Origin: Balanoglossus misakiensis
Taxonomy: Eukaryota; Animalia; Hemichordata
Reading direction: 5' to 3'
Length of the DNA stretch: 64,000 bases
Assembly (NCBI GenBank): GCA_040954595.2
Contig: CM082590.2
Coordinates: 10,194,088-10,258,087 of the forward strand
Made by a program: the position numbers and the translations under genes. Of this stretch, positions 1 to 18,765 are shown in pieces. The notes under the pieces are model-generated. The model was not told the origin of the DNA and made no database searches. It saw only the letters and a list, made by a program, of their open reading frames with translations. Every line of letters starts with the position of its first letter. Positions within the stretch are counted from its first letter, which is position 1.

Positions 1-946
1 TGGGGGCACCCATGTTCCCCAAGCCAATGAATCCTATTGGTGCAGTGGCCTAATAAAGATTTCGTACATATGTAAGACAATAAAAGTGTATCGAAAGTGG
101 GGTGGAGGCTGGCACACATGTAAATGAAAATATCTTCTTACAATATCAAGTAAAAATTCCATATTATTGGCATACTGTGATTGTAAACTTACCTTAGCTT
201 CAGTTGAAACTGTGAAGAAAAAAATGAAAACATCATATTAAACTCGGATATTGTTTTAATAATGACACTACGACTTTGGCCAATACACAACACTTGTGAA
301 ATTGTTTTGCTTCCTTCATTATTCATATTATCAAAGTGTAATTAATAACCTCCAATAAAAGTTAAAACGTAGGGAAGTTGATCAAACTCAAAGTGAAAGG
401 CCAGTCACTTTTCACGGGTGAAAACAAATGATAATCGCGTTGTGGGATATTTTGCGTCACGCTTAAATAAATCACGAAGCGGCTGTAGATGATAGCGTAA
501 CACAGCAGCTATCAATGCGTCTTGGTTGACCCAGATAGCGTCGCGACAGGACAGCGCTGCACATTGCCTGGTCCAGGACGCTATAACGACCTGTGAGGTT
601 TTATCGACACCAGTGTTCTGTCAGTTACAGTTATAGGTATATTTAAACAATGATCCTTCAGGCAATAACTCGACTGGATCCGAATATTCGGACATGACCC
701 GGCGAAATGACAGCTGGCTTGGGGCAAAGTTTACAGAGGGCGTCCAACAACGTGTACAGTACCGTGGATGTACGGAAGGATCTGGAGTGATCGGGCGCCG
801 GAAAACAACCCAAAACGTACCACGAGAAATCACAAGTGTGCTGATTAGCTAGACTCACCTGAGAACGCCCTGGAAATTGCATATTGCCGGTGAACAGCGA
901 CAGCAACTCGCAGCGAAAACAAGCGTGCACCCATCAAGCTCGCCAT
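1..946 (-). CDS. HIBADH: 3-hydroxyisobutyrate dehydrogenase, mitochondrial (5' part; gene continues beyond the left edge of the window)
   Basis: Exons 946-859, 209-193 (17-nt micro-exon) and 49-<1 have GT-AG junctions and splice in frame to MASLMGARLFSLRVAVAVHRQYAISRAFSVSTEAK-ATAPIGFIGLGNMGAP. This is an Arg-rich, acid-free mitochondrial presequence followed by the GFIGLGNMG NAD-binding motif of the HIBADH family. Start context aacATGgcg. Confidence 0.85.
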
Positions 947-1899
947 GTTGTCCGCAATGACTTGTGGGAGAGGTCATACAATTTTTTTGAGGTCGCGCAC
1001 GTGTCTGGGACGAAGGTTGTTTGGGTCAAAGGGTGAACATTATTTTTGAGGGGTGGACATAGGGAGGGAGGGATGGTAATACCACTGTCATCCAGCTACG
1101 TGGAATGATCGAGCTCTTCCAAATATCAATTTGAGAAGTGTCTTATAGTACCTCCTTCAGCTGTATATTTCATAAATCATTTCATATGTCATATTTCATC
1201 AAGAAGATATGAAATCGGATTCGTTTATTTGATTCACTGTTTAAAAGAGGTTGGAATAAACCCTCCCTCTAACAAAGTGGTAAAGGTCCACGGGCAAACA
1301 AACTAATTAACGGAATTTCGCAACTGATGGAGACAGTCGGTCTGGCGCCGGGCTGCCCCAACTTCAAAAAGTTTTCTCACTTTCTGTTACTTTGTTTTTG
1401 AACACCGGATACACAGGTTAGAATTCTTTTGATTTAGTCAATTCACACCCCTTCGTGTTGCAATATTCTGCTCGCACGTGCACCTCTCCCACTCGTTAGC
1501 ACGATCTGTTTTTCCTAAATTTCCGGAAGTTTCAAAAAACAAGTCTTGGCCAGCGAACGTGGGCAGATGAAGTGTGTCGTAATCAGTTAGGTGTCTATAT
1601 GCTTCCACGTCCACTTTGGAAAAACGTTCGGGTACCCCCACACAACTTTAAATCAAGTTGAAAATACCCACAGCAGAAAACAGCCGCGGTTCACAAGCGT
1701 CGAAAAATAAAACTTTTACAAGTCAACGCAAATATTTTTTTTATTTATTATTTATTTATGTATTTGTTTATTTATTTATTTTTTATTCCAATACAGCCTG
1801 TATCATTCGTGAGTTACCGTCAAAGAAATTTAATCCGAGTACCGCATTCAATAGAATTAATTCCCGAAAGCTAAATTCTCTATCTCTCCGAAATTTCTA

Positions 1900-3335
1900 G
1901 ACATGCTGAGGTCAAAACAGTTGACCTGGGTTTTGTCCGAATTTGCATACAGTGCGGTCCTCTGTTGCACCTGTGGCTTCACTGACATCATCTTCTTGTA
2001 TGCAAATTAGGTCAAACACGAGGTCAGACGAGAAATTGCTGAGCTATTTTCTTTCGTCTGTAAAACTTTTGATAAATTTTCATTGCGAGGCCAGTAAAAA
2101 CAGAAAACAACACCATATTTTGCTCAAGAATGTTTTGTTTGTGGCTCATTTAGAACTCTAACACGGTCCATGTAATTATGTAAATCACATTTCTGCAATG
2201 CTATTTGTAATAAACATACGGTCACTTGGTGGCGACATTTACAATTTCCAAACAGGGAGCTTGCAAAAGATAAACGCGCTGTCAGAACTGAGTTTCAATT
2301 TGCATACGCGCGCGGTCGTCTGTCAATTTCTATCTCACCTGTATGCAAATGAGGTCGTACACGAGGTCGGGCGAGAATTTGCTGAGCTATTTTATTCGTC
2401 TGCGAAAGTCTTGATAAATTTTCTTTGCGAAGCCAGTAAAAATATAATAACACCACGGATATTTTGCTCTAGAATTTTGTTTGTGGCATCAATTAGAAAC
2501 CCAACACGGTCCGCGCGAGTCACATTTCTGTAGTGCTAATACGCGATGTCTGTACCATGTCTAATTTGCATACGCGCGCGGTCGTCTGCCTATTTCTATG
2601 AGGTCACACACGAGGTCAGGCAAAAGATATCGCTCAGCAATTTTCTCGCGTTTGCGGTAGTCTCGATAAATTTTCTTTTTCATTAAAAATATCAAACACG
2701 TTGCAATTTTTGCTCAATAGTAGTTTGTTTGTGGCTTCATTTACACCGCTTGGTGGCGACATTTACAATTTACAAACAGGGAGCTTACTCAAGCTGTACG
2801 CGATGTCTGTACCATGTCTAATTTGCATACGCGCGCGGTCGTCTGCCTATTTCTATGAGGTCACACACGAGGTCAGGCAAAAGATATCGCTCAGCAATTT
2901 TCTCGCGTTTGCGGTAGTCTCGATAAATTTTCTTTTTCATTAAAAATATCAAACACGTTGCAATTTTTGCTCAATAGTAGTTTGTTTGTGGCTTCATTTA
3001 CACCGCTTGGTGGCGACATTTACAATTTACAAACAGGGAGCTTACTCAAGCTGTACGCGATGTCTGTACCATGGCTAATTTGCATACGCGCGCGGTCGTC
3101 TGTCAATTTCTATCTCACCTGAAGATTCACTGACATCATTTAATTTGTATGCAAATGAGGTCACACATGAGGTCAATCGAGAGATTTCGCTCAGCAATTT
3201 TCTCGCGTTTGCGGTAGTCTCGATAAAATTTCTTTTTCATTAAAATTATCAAACACATTGCAAATTTTGTGCTCATTTCGGTAATACTATTACTATAAAC
3301 CAACCGCTTGGTGGCGACATTTACAATTTCCAAAC
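1900..3335. repeat. Degenerate tandem repeat family A (core period about 257 bp)
   Basis: The anchor ttggtggcgacatttacaatt recurs at about 2226, 2750, 3007 and 3308. 2540-2796 and 2797-3053 are near-identical. Units carry ATTTGCAT/ATGCAAAT and AGGTCA-N6-AGGTCA. Confidence 0.85.
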
Positions 3336-3360
3336 AGATAGGAAATTAACCACAGTTCTA

Positions 3361-4713
3361 TTTTACACTCGCCATTTCATTAGAAGGTGTGGGTTACAAT
3401 ATAAAGTCGATAGTCGTACATTTTTAATAAATAAACAAAAGAGAGGAAAATGTAAACGTGTTGGGGGCGCTAGAAACATAGCCGGACACCCCTAGATTGA
3501 ATAGAACAATCTCTTCCGCAAAGGACTCTGGGATCAATGGCGGCCGGTCGATGGGCCGATCCATGGACCGTGTTTTTCGGATTGTTCGAGAGTTTTCACA
3601 ACTTAAACGTTTTATTTTACACTCGCCATTTCACTAGAAGGTGTGGGTTAAAATATGAAGTCGATAGTCGTACATTTTTAATAAATAAACAAAAGTGAGG
3701 AAAATGTAAACGTGTTGAGGGCGCTAGCAACATAGCCGGACACCCCTAGATTGAATAGAACAATCTCTTCCGCAAAGGACTCTGGGATCAATGGCGGCCG
3801 GTTCATTGAGCGGGCTCTGGACCGTGTTTTTCGGGTTGTCCGAGTGTTTTTACAACTTAAAAGTTTCATTTTACACTCGCCATTTCATTAGAAGGTGTGG
3901 GTTAAAATATGAAGTCGATAGTCGAACATTTTTAATAAATAAACAAAAGTGAGGAAAATGTAAACGTGTTGGGGACGCTAGAAACATAGCCGGACACCCC
4001 TAGATTGAATAGAACAATCTCTTCCGCAAAGGACTCTGGGATCAATGGCGGCCGGTTCATTGAGCGGGCCCTGGACCGTGTTTTTCGGGTTGTCCGAGTG
4101 TTTTTACAACTTAAAAGTTTTATTTTACACTCGCCATTTCACTAGAAGGTGTGGGTTAAAATATGAAGTCGATAGTCGTACATTTTTAATAAATAAACAA
4201 AAGTGAGGAAAATGTAAACGTGTTGGGGGCGCTAGAAACATAGCCGGACACCCCTAGATTGAATAGAACAATCTCTTCCGCAAAGGACTCTGGGATCAAT
4301 GGCGGCCGGTTCATTGAGCGGGCCCTGGACCGTGTTTTTCGGGTTGTCCGAGTGTTTTTACAACTTAAAAGTTTTATTTTACACTCGCCATTTCATTAGA
4401 AGGTGTGGGTTAAAATATGAAGTCGATAGTCGAACATTTTTAATAAATAAACAAAAGTGAGGAAAATGTAAACGTGTTGGGGGCGCTAGAAACATAGCCG
4501 GACACCCCTAGATTGAATAGAACAATCTCTTCCGCAAAGGACTCTGGGATCAATGGCGGCCGGTTCATTGAGCGGGCCCTGGACCGTGTTTTTCGGGTTG
4601 TCCGAGTGTTTTTACAACTTAAAAGTTTTATTTTACACTCGCCATTTCATTAGAAGGTGTGGGTTACAATATAAAGTCGATAGTCGTACATTTTTAATAA
4701 ATAAACAAAAGTG
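3361..4713. repeat. 254-bp tandem satellite B, about 5.3 copies
   Basis: The anchor ttttacactcgccatttca occurs at 3361, 3615, 3869, 4123, 4377 and 4631, an exact 254-bp period. Copies are near-identical. Confidence 0.95.
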
Positions 4714-5362
4714 GTTATAGGCCAAGGAAATGATGATAAAATGACGAATTCCAACTTTGCGAATTTTGGAAATTTTGACATCTCTGGTCATTTTTCATGG
4801 GTTATATGCCATGGAAATGATGATAAAATGACAAATTCCGACTTCGTGAATTTTGGAAATTTTGACATCTGTGGTCATTTTTCATGGGTTATAGACCATG
4901 GAAATGATGATAAAATGACGAATTCCGACTTTGCGAATTTTGGAAATTTTGACATCTGTGGTCATTTTTCATGGGTTATAGACCATGGAAATGATGATAA
5001 AATGACGAATTCCGACTTTGCCAATTTTGGAAATTTAGACATCTGTGGACATTTTTTCATGGGTTATAGGCCATGGAAATGATGAAAAAATGACGAATTT
5101 CGACTTTGCGAATTTCGAAAATTTTGACATCTCTGGTCATTTTCCATGGGTTATATGCCATGGAAATGATGATAAAATGACGAATTCCGACTTTGCCAAT
5201 TTTGGAAATTTTGACATCTGTGGACATTTTTCATGGGTTATAGGCCATGGAAATGATGAAAAAATGACGAATTTCGACTTTGCGAATTTCGGAAATTTTG
5301 ACATCTCTGGTCATTTTCCATGGGTTATAGGCCATGGAAATGATGATAAAATGACGAATTCG
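4711..5362. repeat. 87-bp minisatellite C, about 7.5 copies
   Basis: The unit (tcatgggttataggccatggaaatgatgataaaatgacgaattccgactttgcgaattttggaaattttgacatc...) recurs at 4714, 4801, 4888, 4975, 5063, 5150, 5237 and 5324. Confidence 0.95.
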
Positions 5363-5447
5363 GAGACAAGTAATAATAAGTAATAATAAAAATAAAATTA
5401 TACAACAAGAAAATAGTTTTTCAAGAATATTGCAACGTTTGGCTTGC

Positions 5448-6182
5448 CATAGGGAATTAACCACAGCGTGGTTCTTACATGGGGAATTTAAACACAGCGT
5501 GGTTCTTACATAGGAAATTAACCACAGCGAGGTTCTTACATAGGGAATCAACCACAGAGTGGTTCTTACATAGGGAATTAACCACAGCGAGGTTCTTACA
5601 TAGGGAATTAACCACAGCGTGGTTCTTACATAGGAAATTAACCACAGCGAGGTTCTTACATAGGGAATCAACCACAGAGTGGTTCTTACATAGGGAATTA
5701 ACCACAGCGAGGTTCTTACATAGGGAATTAACCACAGCGAGGTTCTTACATAGGGAATTAACCACAGCGAGGTTCTTACATAGGGAATTAACCACAGCAA
5801 GGTTCTTAGGTAGGGAATTAACCACAGCGAGGTTCTTAGATAGAGAATTAACCACAGCGAGGTTCTTACATAGGGAATTAACCACAGCGAGGTTCTTACA
5901 TAGGGAATTAACCACAGCGAGGTTCTTACATAGGGAATTAACCACAGCGAGGTTCTTAGATAGGGAATTAACCACAGCGAGGTTCTTACATAGGGAATTA
6001 ACCACAGCGAGGTTCTTAGATAGGGAATTAACCACAGCGAGGTTCTTACATAGGGAATTAAACACAGCGATGTTCTTACATAGGGAATTAACCACAGCGA
6101 GGTTCTTACATAGGGAATTAACCACAGCGAGGTTCTTACACAGGGAATTAACCACAGCGAGGTTCTTACATAGGGAATTAAC
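5448..6182. repeat. 30-bp minisatellite D, about 24 copies
   Basis: The unit accacagcgaggttcttacatagggaatta is repeated head-to-tail with few substitutions and no spacers. Confidence 0.97.
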
Positions 6183-6505
6183 GTCACCTCTATAACATTT
6201 GAACCGATTATGAAAAATTCGCGAATTATTTTACCAACATATTTCGTGAATAGCCGTAGAGGGCGTTTTCACTAATGAGGCATTTACGTGCAGATACAAA
6301 ATCGATCGCATAGGCTTTTATGTTGACTTTTCTTGTGGAGTACAAACCCCGCAGGCGATGATTAACGATATGGCCGAGTCGATGGGTTCATTAAGGGTCA
6401 CATTTAGGGTGAACTCACATACCAACACCTAGCACTGGGCAAACACTAAATTTAATCATTTGTAAGTCAACGCTAATATGCACAACGACTCGTTGAGGTC
6501 AGTCC

Positions 6506-6612
<107 letters not shown>

Positions 6613-7078
6613 TGATGAGTAAGTTTTAATGAAGTATCCATTCTTCAATTTATTCCGTGTTTTTTGTTTTGTTTTGTTTTGTTTTCATTTGTTTATTGTA
6701 TATAACTGAACATTGGAACGAGAAAATTAAATACGGGCGGCAAATCGTTGTCATGCAGTACCAACATTCCATAGCGTGTTGTCAAAGTAACTAACGCATC
6801 ATTTCCGATTGGATGATTCTTGGACAGAGAGTGACCACTTGGTTTTATTTTGACGCAACGCAGAATGAAAAGGGCGCTTTGTGATACTCTTTGTATGCTC
6901 GTCATGTTTTGTGAGTGTGTAGATCCAATCTTTGATTACTTCGTGTACTTCTACAAGTCTAAACCACTTAAAGTATTTTGATTGACATCAACAGGTGAAT
7001 TTCCACTCTAGCTAGTAGACGCACAGTAACTTCAATTGGACGTTTGGTTGCTTTTGAAAACTCACGGCCAAAACAGAC

Positions 7079-10000
7079 ATGGCGACGGATGACCCGTGGA
7101 ACCCGCACGTAAGTACGCGCTAGTCCCCGGCGGATAGTTTTTATGTTCTACGATTTTGCCACGGTTGAAATGCGTGCCTGCAGGCAACGATTGTTCGTCA
7201 GGGTTAACCCACACCTGAGTGGCTGCTGTATCCCCAAGGCAAAGTTTTCTTTTGTTGCTTTAAACTTTTTTTCAACATTCATGTACCTGCGAATAACAAC
7301 AGGTGAAGTGTGGTCGTCTGTCAGTGTAGGCTTACAAGTATTAGCCTTCGGGTCATTCCAAAGTAGATATCGATGCAATTGTATGTTTGTGTCTCATGTA
7401 GGCCCTACATTCATCAACATCTCTTGTGGTAAAGTTTTTGCTTTGTTTGTTTGCTATTTTTGGTAGTTTCAATTGATGGGGATCCGTATTTAAAAATTGC
7501 AAATTATAGCAAAACGTGATGTGATTTCTTCATAAAATATGCAGCCAGTAGCTCTGTACAGACATTTCATTTGATCGTATTTTTACATTGATTCCTTCAA
7601 GCTGCAATGCCCCCACCCTCCTTCACATGTCAATCAGAACTTACCTGTTTGCATTCAACGTATTTAACTGTTAGCCATGTTGACAGTACATCAAGCCGCA
7701 CATTTATCAGCATGTTGACTGTAAGTCCATAAAACCCGCTTTGGAGTGGTTGATGATCTGATAATCGCCTTAGTAACAATAAATCGCGCGTTGACATTCC
7801 AAGTTTGTTGTGTTGACTATGTCCTATATACAGCCGATACAACAGGTACACATAGGCAGTATATGTACCTGTATATTCGAATATCTACATTAATTATTTT
7901 GAGTTTTAACCAATATACTGTCAGTAAAATGCAGGTCCTTCAGAAATGTGTAGACTGTATGATTGCGTAAATTAGACATTCGACGATTGGGGAACAAATA
8001 CTCTTTATTTATTACGTAAACATTCCTGTTGGGTTGGTTTTGTTTGTTTATTTGTTTGTTTGTTTGTTTTTCTGCCTGTGTCTTCTGTCTGTCTGTCTGT
8101 CTGTCTGTAGAATCTTTTCTACGCCGCCGAAAGCGGAGACGACAAAGCAGTGAAGGCCTTTCTGAAAAGCGGATTCAAAGTCGACAGTGTCATGGTAAGT
8201 TTGATGTGACCTGGCAACAATGTTGTTATGGCAACATAAGCGACATTTCAAGAAATTGTGTACACCGAAGAAAACTTGCATGACAACCGTAGAGTCAACT
8301 GGTACAGATTATATTGGGCAGCTCGTTGAACAAATGACATAATAGTATACGCTTTTACACGGGATAAACTAAGTAATTCAGTCTATAGCTTATAACTTCT
8401 GATGTTGACTTGTGATCTGGATATAACTTCTCGTTGCAGAAAGACCGCACTGCCTTGTATATGGCGTCCGCCAATGGTCACCAAGATGTTGCGAGGTTGC
8501 TCCTGCAATATGGGGCTGACGTTAATGGCAAAACTTGGGTTGGTAAAATAGGCTGTATACGTACGTGTGGATGTATAGATGGATGGATGGAATATGGAAA
8601 AATATATGAGTACAATTCAAACAATCTTCAATCACATCATGCCCATCAAATCTGTTAATCTACACATCCACAGATCGGAGAAACAGCACTACACGTGGCA
8701 GCACAGAATGGCCATAGCGGCACAGTACACACACTTTTAGATGCCAAAGCTGACGTTGATGTCAGGGATGACGTAAGTATCTGGGCCCTTATTGGTTGGT
8801 CCGAAATCATATTGTTGGAGTTTTAATGCTTGTGAACTTTAGTTTTGTATTGTATTTTTCTTGTCAGTGTTTCTTTTGATTGGTGTATACGTATTACGTT
8901 GGAAGTTTTGTCAGAAACATTTTCTTCATATTTCGGTTATTTTTTCAACAGGCTGGCGAGACGGCGCTGATAAAAGCTGCTAAACGACGCCATCTCGATG
9001 TAGTGGACATTCTTCTTGAGGAAAAAGTCGATGTCAATGCGCAAGACAAGGTGTGTTTACATCTAATTTGACATGGCGAATTTTTTGTGTTGAGAACCGA
9101 ATTTATGTCGATTGTTTGATATCAGCAATAAAATGATTAATAGTATGGGCTGCAAATACAAATGCTGTTGATAAAAGTTTAGTAGAAATATTCTAAAAGT
9201 TTTATGTATCAAATGGTTTACGAAAGCGACCCTGGGAAATATTACTTCACATTGCATCTTTTTTAACTTCTTCATGCAAGTTTATGAAAACGAGTCTGCA
9301 CCACGTGATAGAGCACGCGCATGCCCATAACGACGTCAAAGAACGTGAATTTAATCTGGAAGATCTCAATTTAGACGAAGAGGTAAGAACCCTCAGATAA
9401 AACAGTTCTTCTATTTTATTTATGAATAGGAATCGAAAAGAATAAGATCTGGTTAGAACTCTCATATTCCATATTTATCTGTAGGACGATGTAACACCGC
9501 CCCACGTCTACATTGGGACCGTGACCTTTGACCCCACAGAGATGGACGAAGCCATCGAACAGGAAAGCAAAAAGTGTGTTGAAATTGTTAAATTGCTCCT
9601 ACAGTCACATGCCACCGTCGACCCCACAGACCGTGTAAGTTAGCAAATAATTTCTTAAATTATCTTTACTTGAAAATTCTACAACTTTATTAGAATTATC
9701 ACCAACCTTTCTCATTTTTAAAGGTAATTTTGATATTTTGTTAATTTTAGTATGGACAAACCCCACTGCATCTGGCTTCAGAACGAGGTTTATTGGAGAT
9801 TGTGGCAACGTTGCTGGAATCAGGAGCCAGTATTGATCAAAGGGATGAGGTAAGACAAGATATGATTGATTGAGGAAAACAAATGAATGCGCAGATATAC
9901 AATCTTGTTATCACCAAAATCAAGTTAGTTTTTTTTCTTCTTCGAGAAAAGCGATGTCAGTTTCAAGTGTGTGGTCTTCATCCTCTACTCACGTGACTTG

Positions 10001-11548
10001 CAACTTTATTTTAACTTCTTTAGAGAGGAGAGACTGCCCTGATTAAAGCATCATACCGAAGGAAACTCAGAGTTTTGGAATACCTGATCGAGAAAGGCGC
10101 CAATATAGATTCCCAGGATGAGGTAAGGTTCCTTGCATGATTGGCCACGAAGCTCAGAATACAAAGAAGCATTCCCTTTAATGCACAACACTCCAGTTTT
10201 TGTCAAAATATCTGAGCATACCTGTTCATATACTAGTAAACAGGAACCTGTTGTAATTCACTTTTGATGTTTTCACAGTTGGGGAAATCAAGTTTACACT
10301 ACGCCTTGGATGAAGGCAATGTTGACATCATCACAAGCCTTCTGGAGAAAAATGCAGACATCAATATCAAGGACAAGGTATGTCAAAAGTGGTTGAATCT
10401 CACATGTATATCAATGGGGACAGGCAGACAGATTTTGCGAGATGTGTAATCTTGCTTGTCTTCTATCGAGACTATTTCATTTCCAGTATATTCATTTTCC
10501 ATTCTTTCTGACTATTTCCAGGCTGGACGACTTCCGCTGATGATCGCTGCCGAATACAGTCAGGTAAAGCACAATCTACACAGCTTTAACCCTTTCACAA
10601 CCATGGTTCAGTCCAAACCCATTGTTTTCAATGGTAAGTTTGGACCTCTATAGAGGGAACTGGGGGTGAAAGGGTTAACTTTGTGGGTGACATTACTATC
10701 CTTTTTATTGGATGAATGAATTCATTTTGCTCAAATTTTTGGTCCATGGTAACAAAACAAGGTTTAAATAAACACACACAAATATTTTATATTTCAGAGC
10801 CATAATTGCCTGAAGACTGACTATTTCCGATTTGTGCTACAGTTTCTATGCATGGGAGCCTCAGCCGACATATCCATCAAAGTAAGACAATTTCCATGTC
10901 CTAGTTCACAAACTTATATGTCTTAAATATCACAATTCCCTTTTTCATTTTGATGTTTTACATCTACTGACGGTCGAAACTGTTAGTGGCCACCTCTATG
11001 TAGTGTCCACTTTGTTACAGTCCAAAAGGCCACTTGTCTATAAAGGCCAGGATATGAAAATCCTTTGACTGGCCATTATAGATAGGTTCAACTGTATTTT
11101 TCAATGCCAGGATATACTTCAAAAGTCGGGAAAAGTCAGCAAAATCTTACTGGAGAAAACCGACGGCAAGTTCATCACCATGGAGATGTCGCAACATGAC
11201 GTCATACCGGAAGTCGCCAGAGCCTACCGTGAAGGTTGTCAGGTATCTGTGATTATTCTCAATGATGATGAAGCTTTGCCGAAACTGAATCAAATATTCC
11301 AAGACTCGGATATTTATTCCTTAATCCTGTTCAACGTCGACCTGAGTCAGGTTGGACCGCTGCATGTTGTGTATAACCTATTTTTCATGAGTGTGAAATC
11401 GTTTGAACCAAACAAAGCCATTTCCTTCGTTCTTCCAACCATCGAGTTCATCTACTTCATCGACTGTGACATGCCGGCGTCATGGTATGTCCAGCAGTCT
11501 GAATATATCGACCAGGTGAACATTGTGGACTGTATAAATAGAACCTAA
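7079..11548 (+). CDS. Ankyrin-repeat protein (about 507 aa, about 9 ANK repeats plus a C-terminal domain of unknown type)
   Basis: Thirteen exons, all with phase-0 GT-AG introns: 7079-7108, 8111-8194, 8440-8538, 8674-8772, 8952-9050, 9281-9382, 9485-9634, 9751-9849, 10024-10122, 10279-10377, 10522-10563, 10798-10881, 11111-11548. Six are 99-nt one-repeat exons, e.g. IGETALHVAAQNGHSGTVHTLLDAKADVDVRDD and YGQTPLHLASERGLLEIVATLLESGASIDQRDE. Confidence 0.88.
10586..10678. mobile_element. piggyBac-like MITE (TTAA-flanked)
   Basis: TTAA-ccctttcac ... gtgaaaggg-TTAA terminal inverted repeats. A homologous copy in the opposite orientation is at 26332-26424. Confidence 0.7.
10968..11096. mobile_element. 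Tc1/mariner-like MITE remnant
   Basis: Ends in ggttcaactgta. The internal tagtggccacctctatgtagtgtccactttgttacagtcc is shared with 50550-50608, which begins tacagttaaacct, and related sequence lies near 35950-36080. Confidence 0.5.
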
Positions 11549-12234
11549 ACAATGATATTTGATGAACACTAATAATCATGTATATATTTTAATATTACAG
11601 TATTGGGGAGTTTTCTGTTGATAAGATAAATACGATAAACAGATTTGAGAATTAATAATGTGTTAACTAAATCATGTAAACTAAATAGAGATACGACTCA
11701 AGTAAGTTGTCATAGGAGATATTTATTAATCATATGGCTGCAATGAAACTCTAACATATTTTTAATTAGCTGTAATTAAATCTGACAATTCACAAAGCAA
11801 AAGTTCATTTCCATATATAAATTGACCGAATACTGAAATTGATGAAATTGTAAAACAACCATTTTCAAATCTCAAATCAAGCGGATTACTTATGAAAATT
11901 CCAATTGTAAATTTTGAGATTTTTTTACTAGTTCTCTAAGGTACATCGCTTACGTCCTAGAAACATATTTTTATTTTGCTGTGACCATTTTCTTTTAATT
12001 GATAAACATAATGAATAGGCTTGTTTTCTGCTTGTATAGTCTCTGTGCGTGTAAATAACATTGCTTGATTTAGTCTTCAGACATATAATAACAAGTGTGT
12101 CCATGATTTAACTATTATTCTGATGTGATGTACTGAAAAATATCATGGGACAGTTTGATTTAATGACGACAAAACTCGATGTGTAATTTGCTTGACATTT
12201 CCAATTCTGACAACAAAACCGATCATACAAGTAT

Positions 12235-18765
<6,531 letters not shown>

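Noticed and set aside
1941-3160. Octamer-rich units as snRNA gene repeats
   Set aside because: No recognisable snRNA body, Sm site or proximal sequence element follows the octamers.
5448-6182. 30-bp repeat array as a CRISPR array
   Set aside because: Units are contiguous with no unique spacers, there are no cas genes, and the context is eukaryotic. It is a minisatellite.
4711-6195. Long repetitive ORFs (112-318 aa) in arrays C and D
   Set aside because: Unit lengths are multiples of 3 (87 and 30), so several frames on both strands stay open. A 1-nt indel breaks the C frame, and there is no splice or start context.
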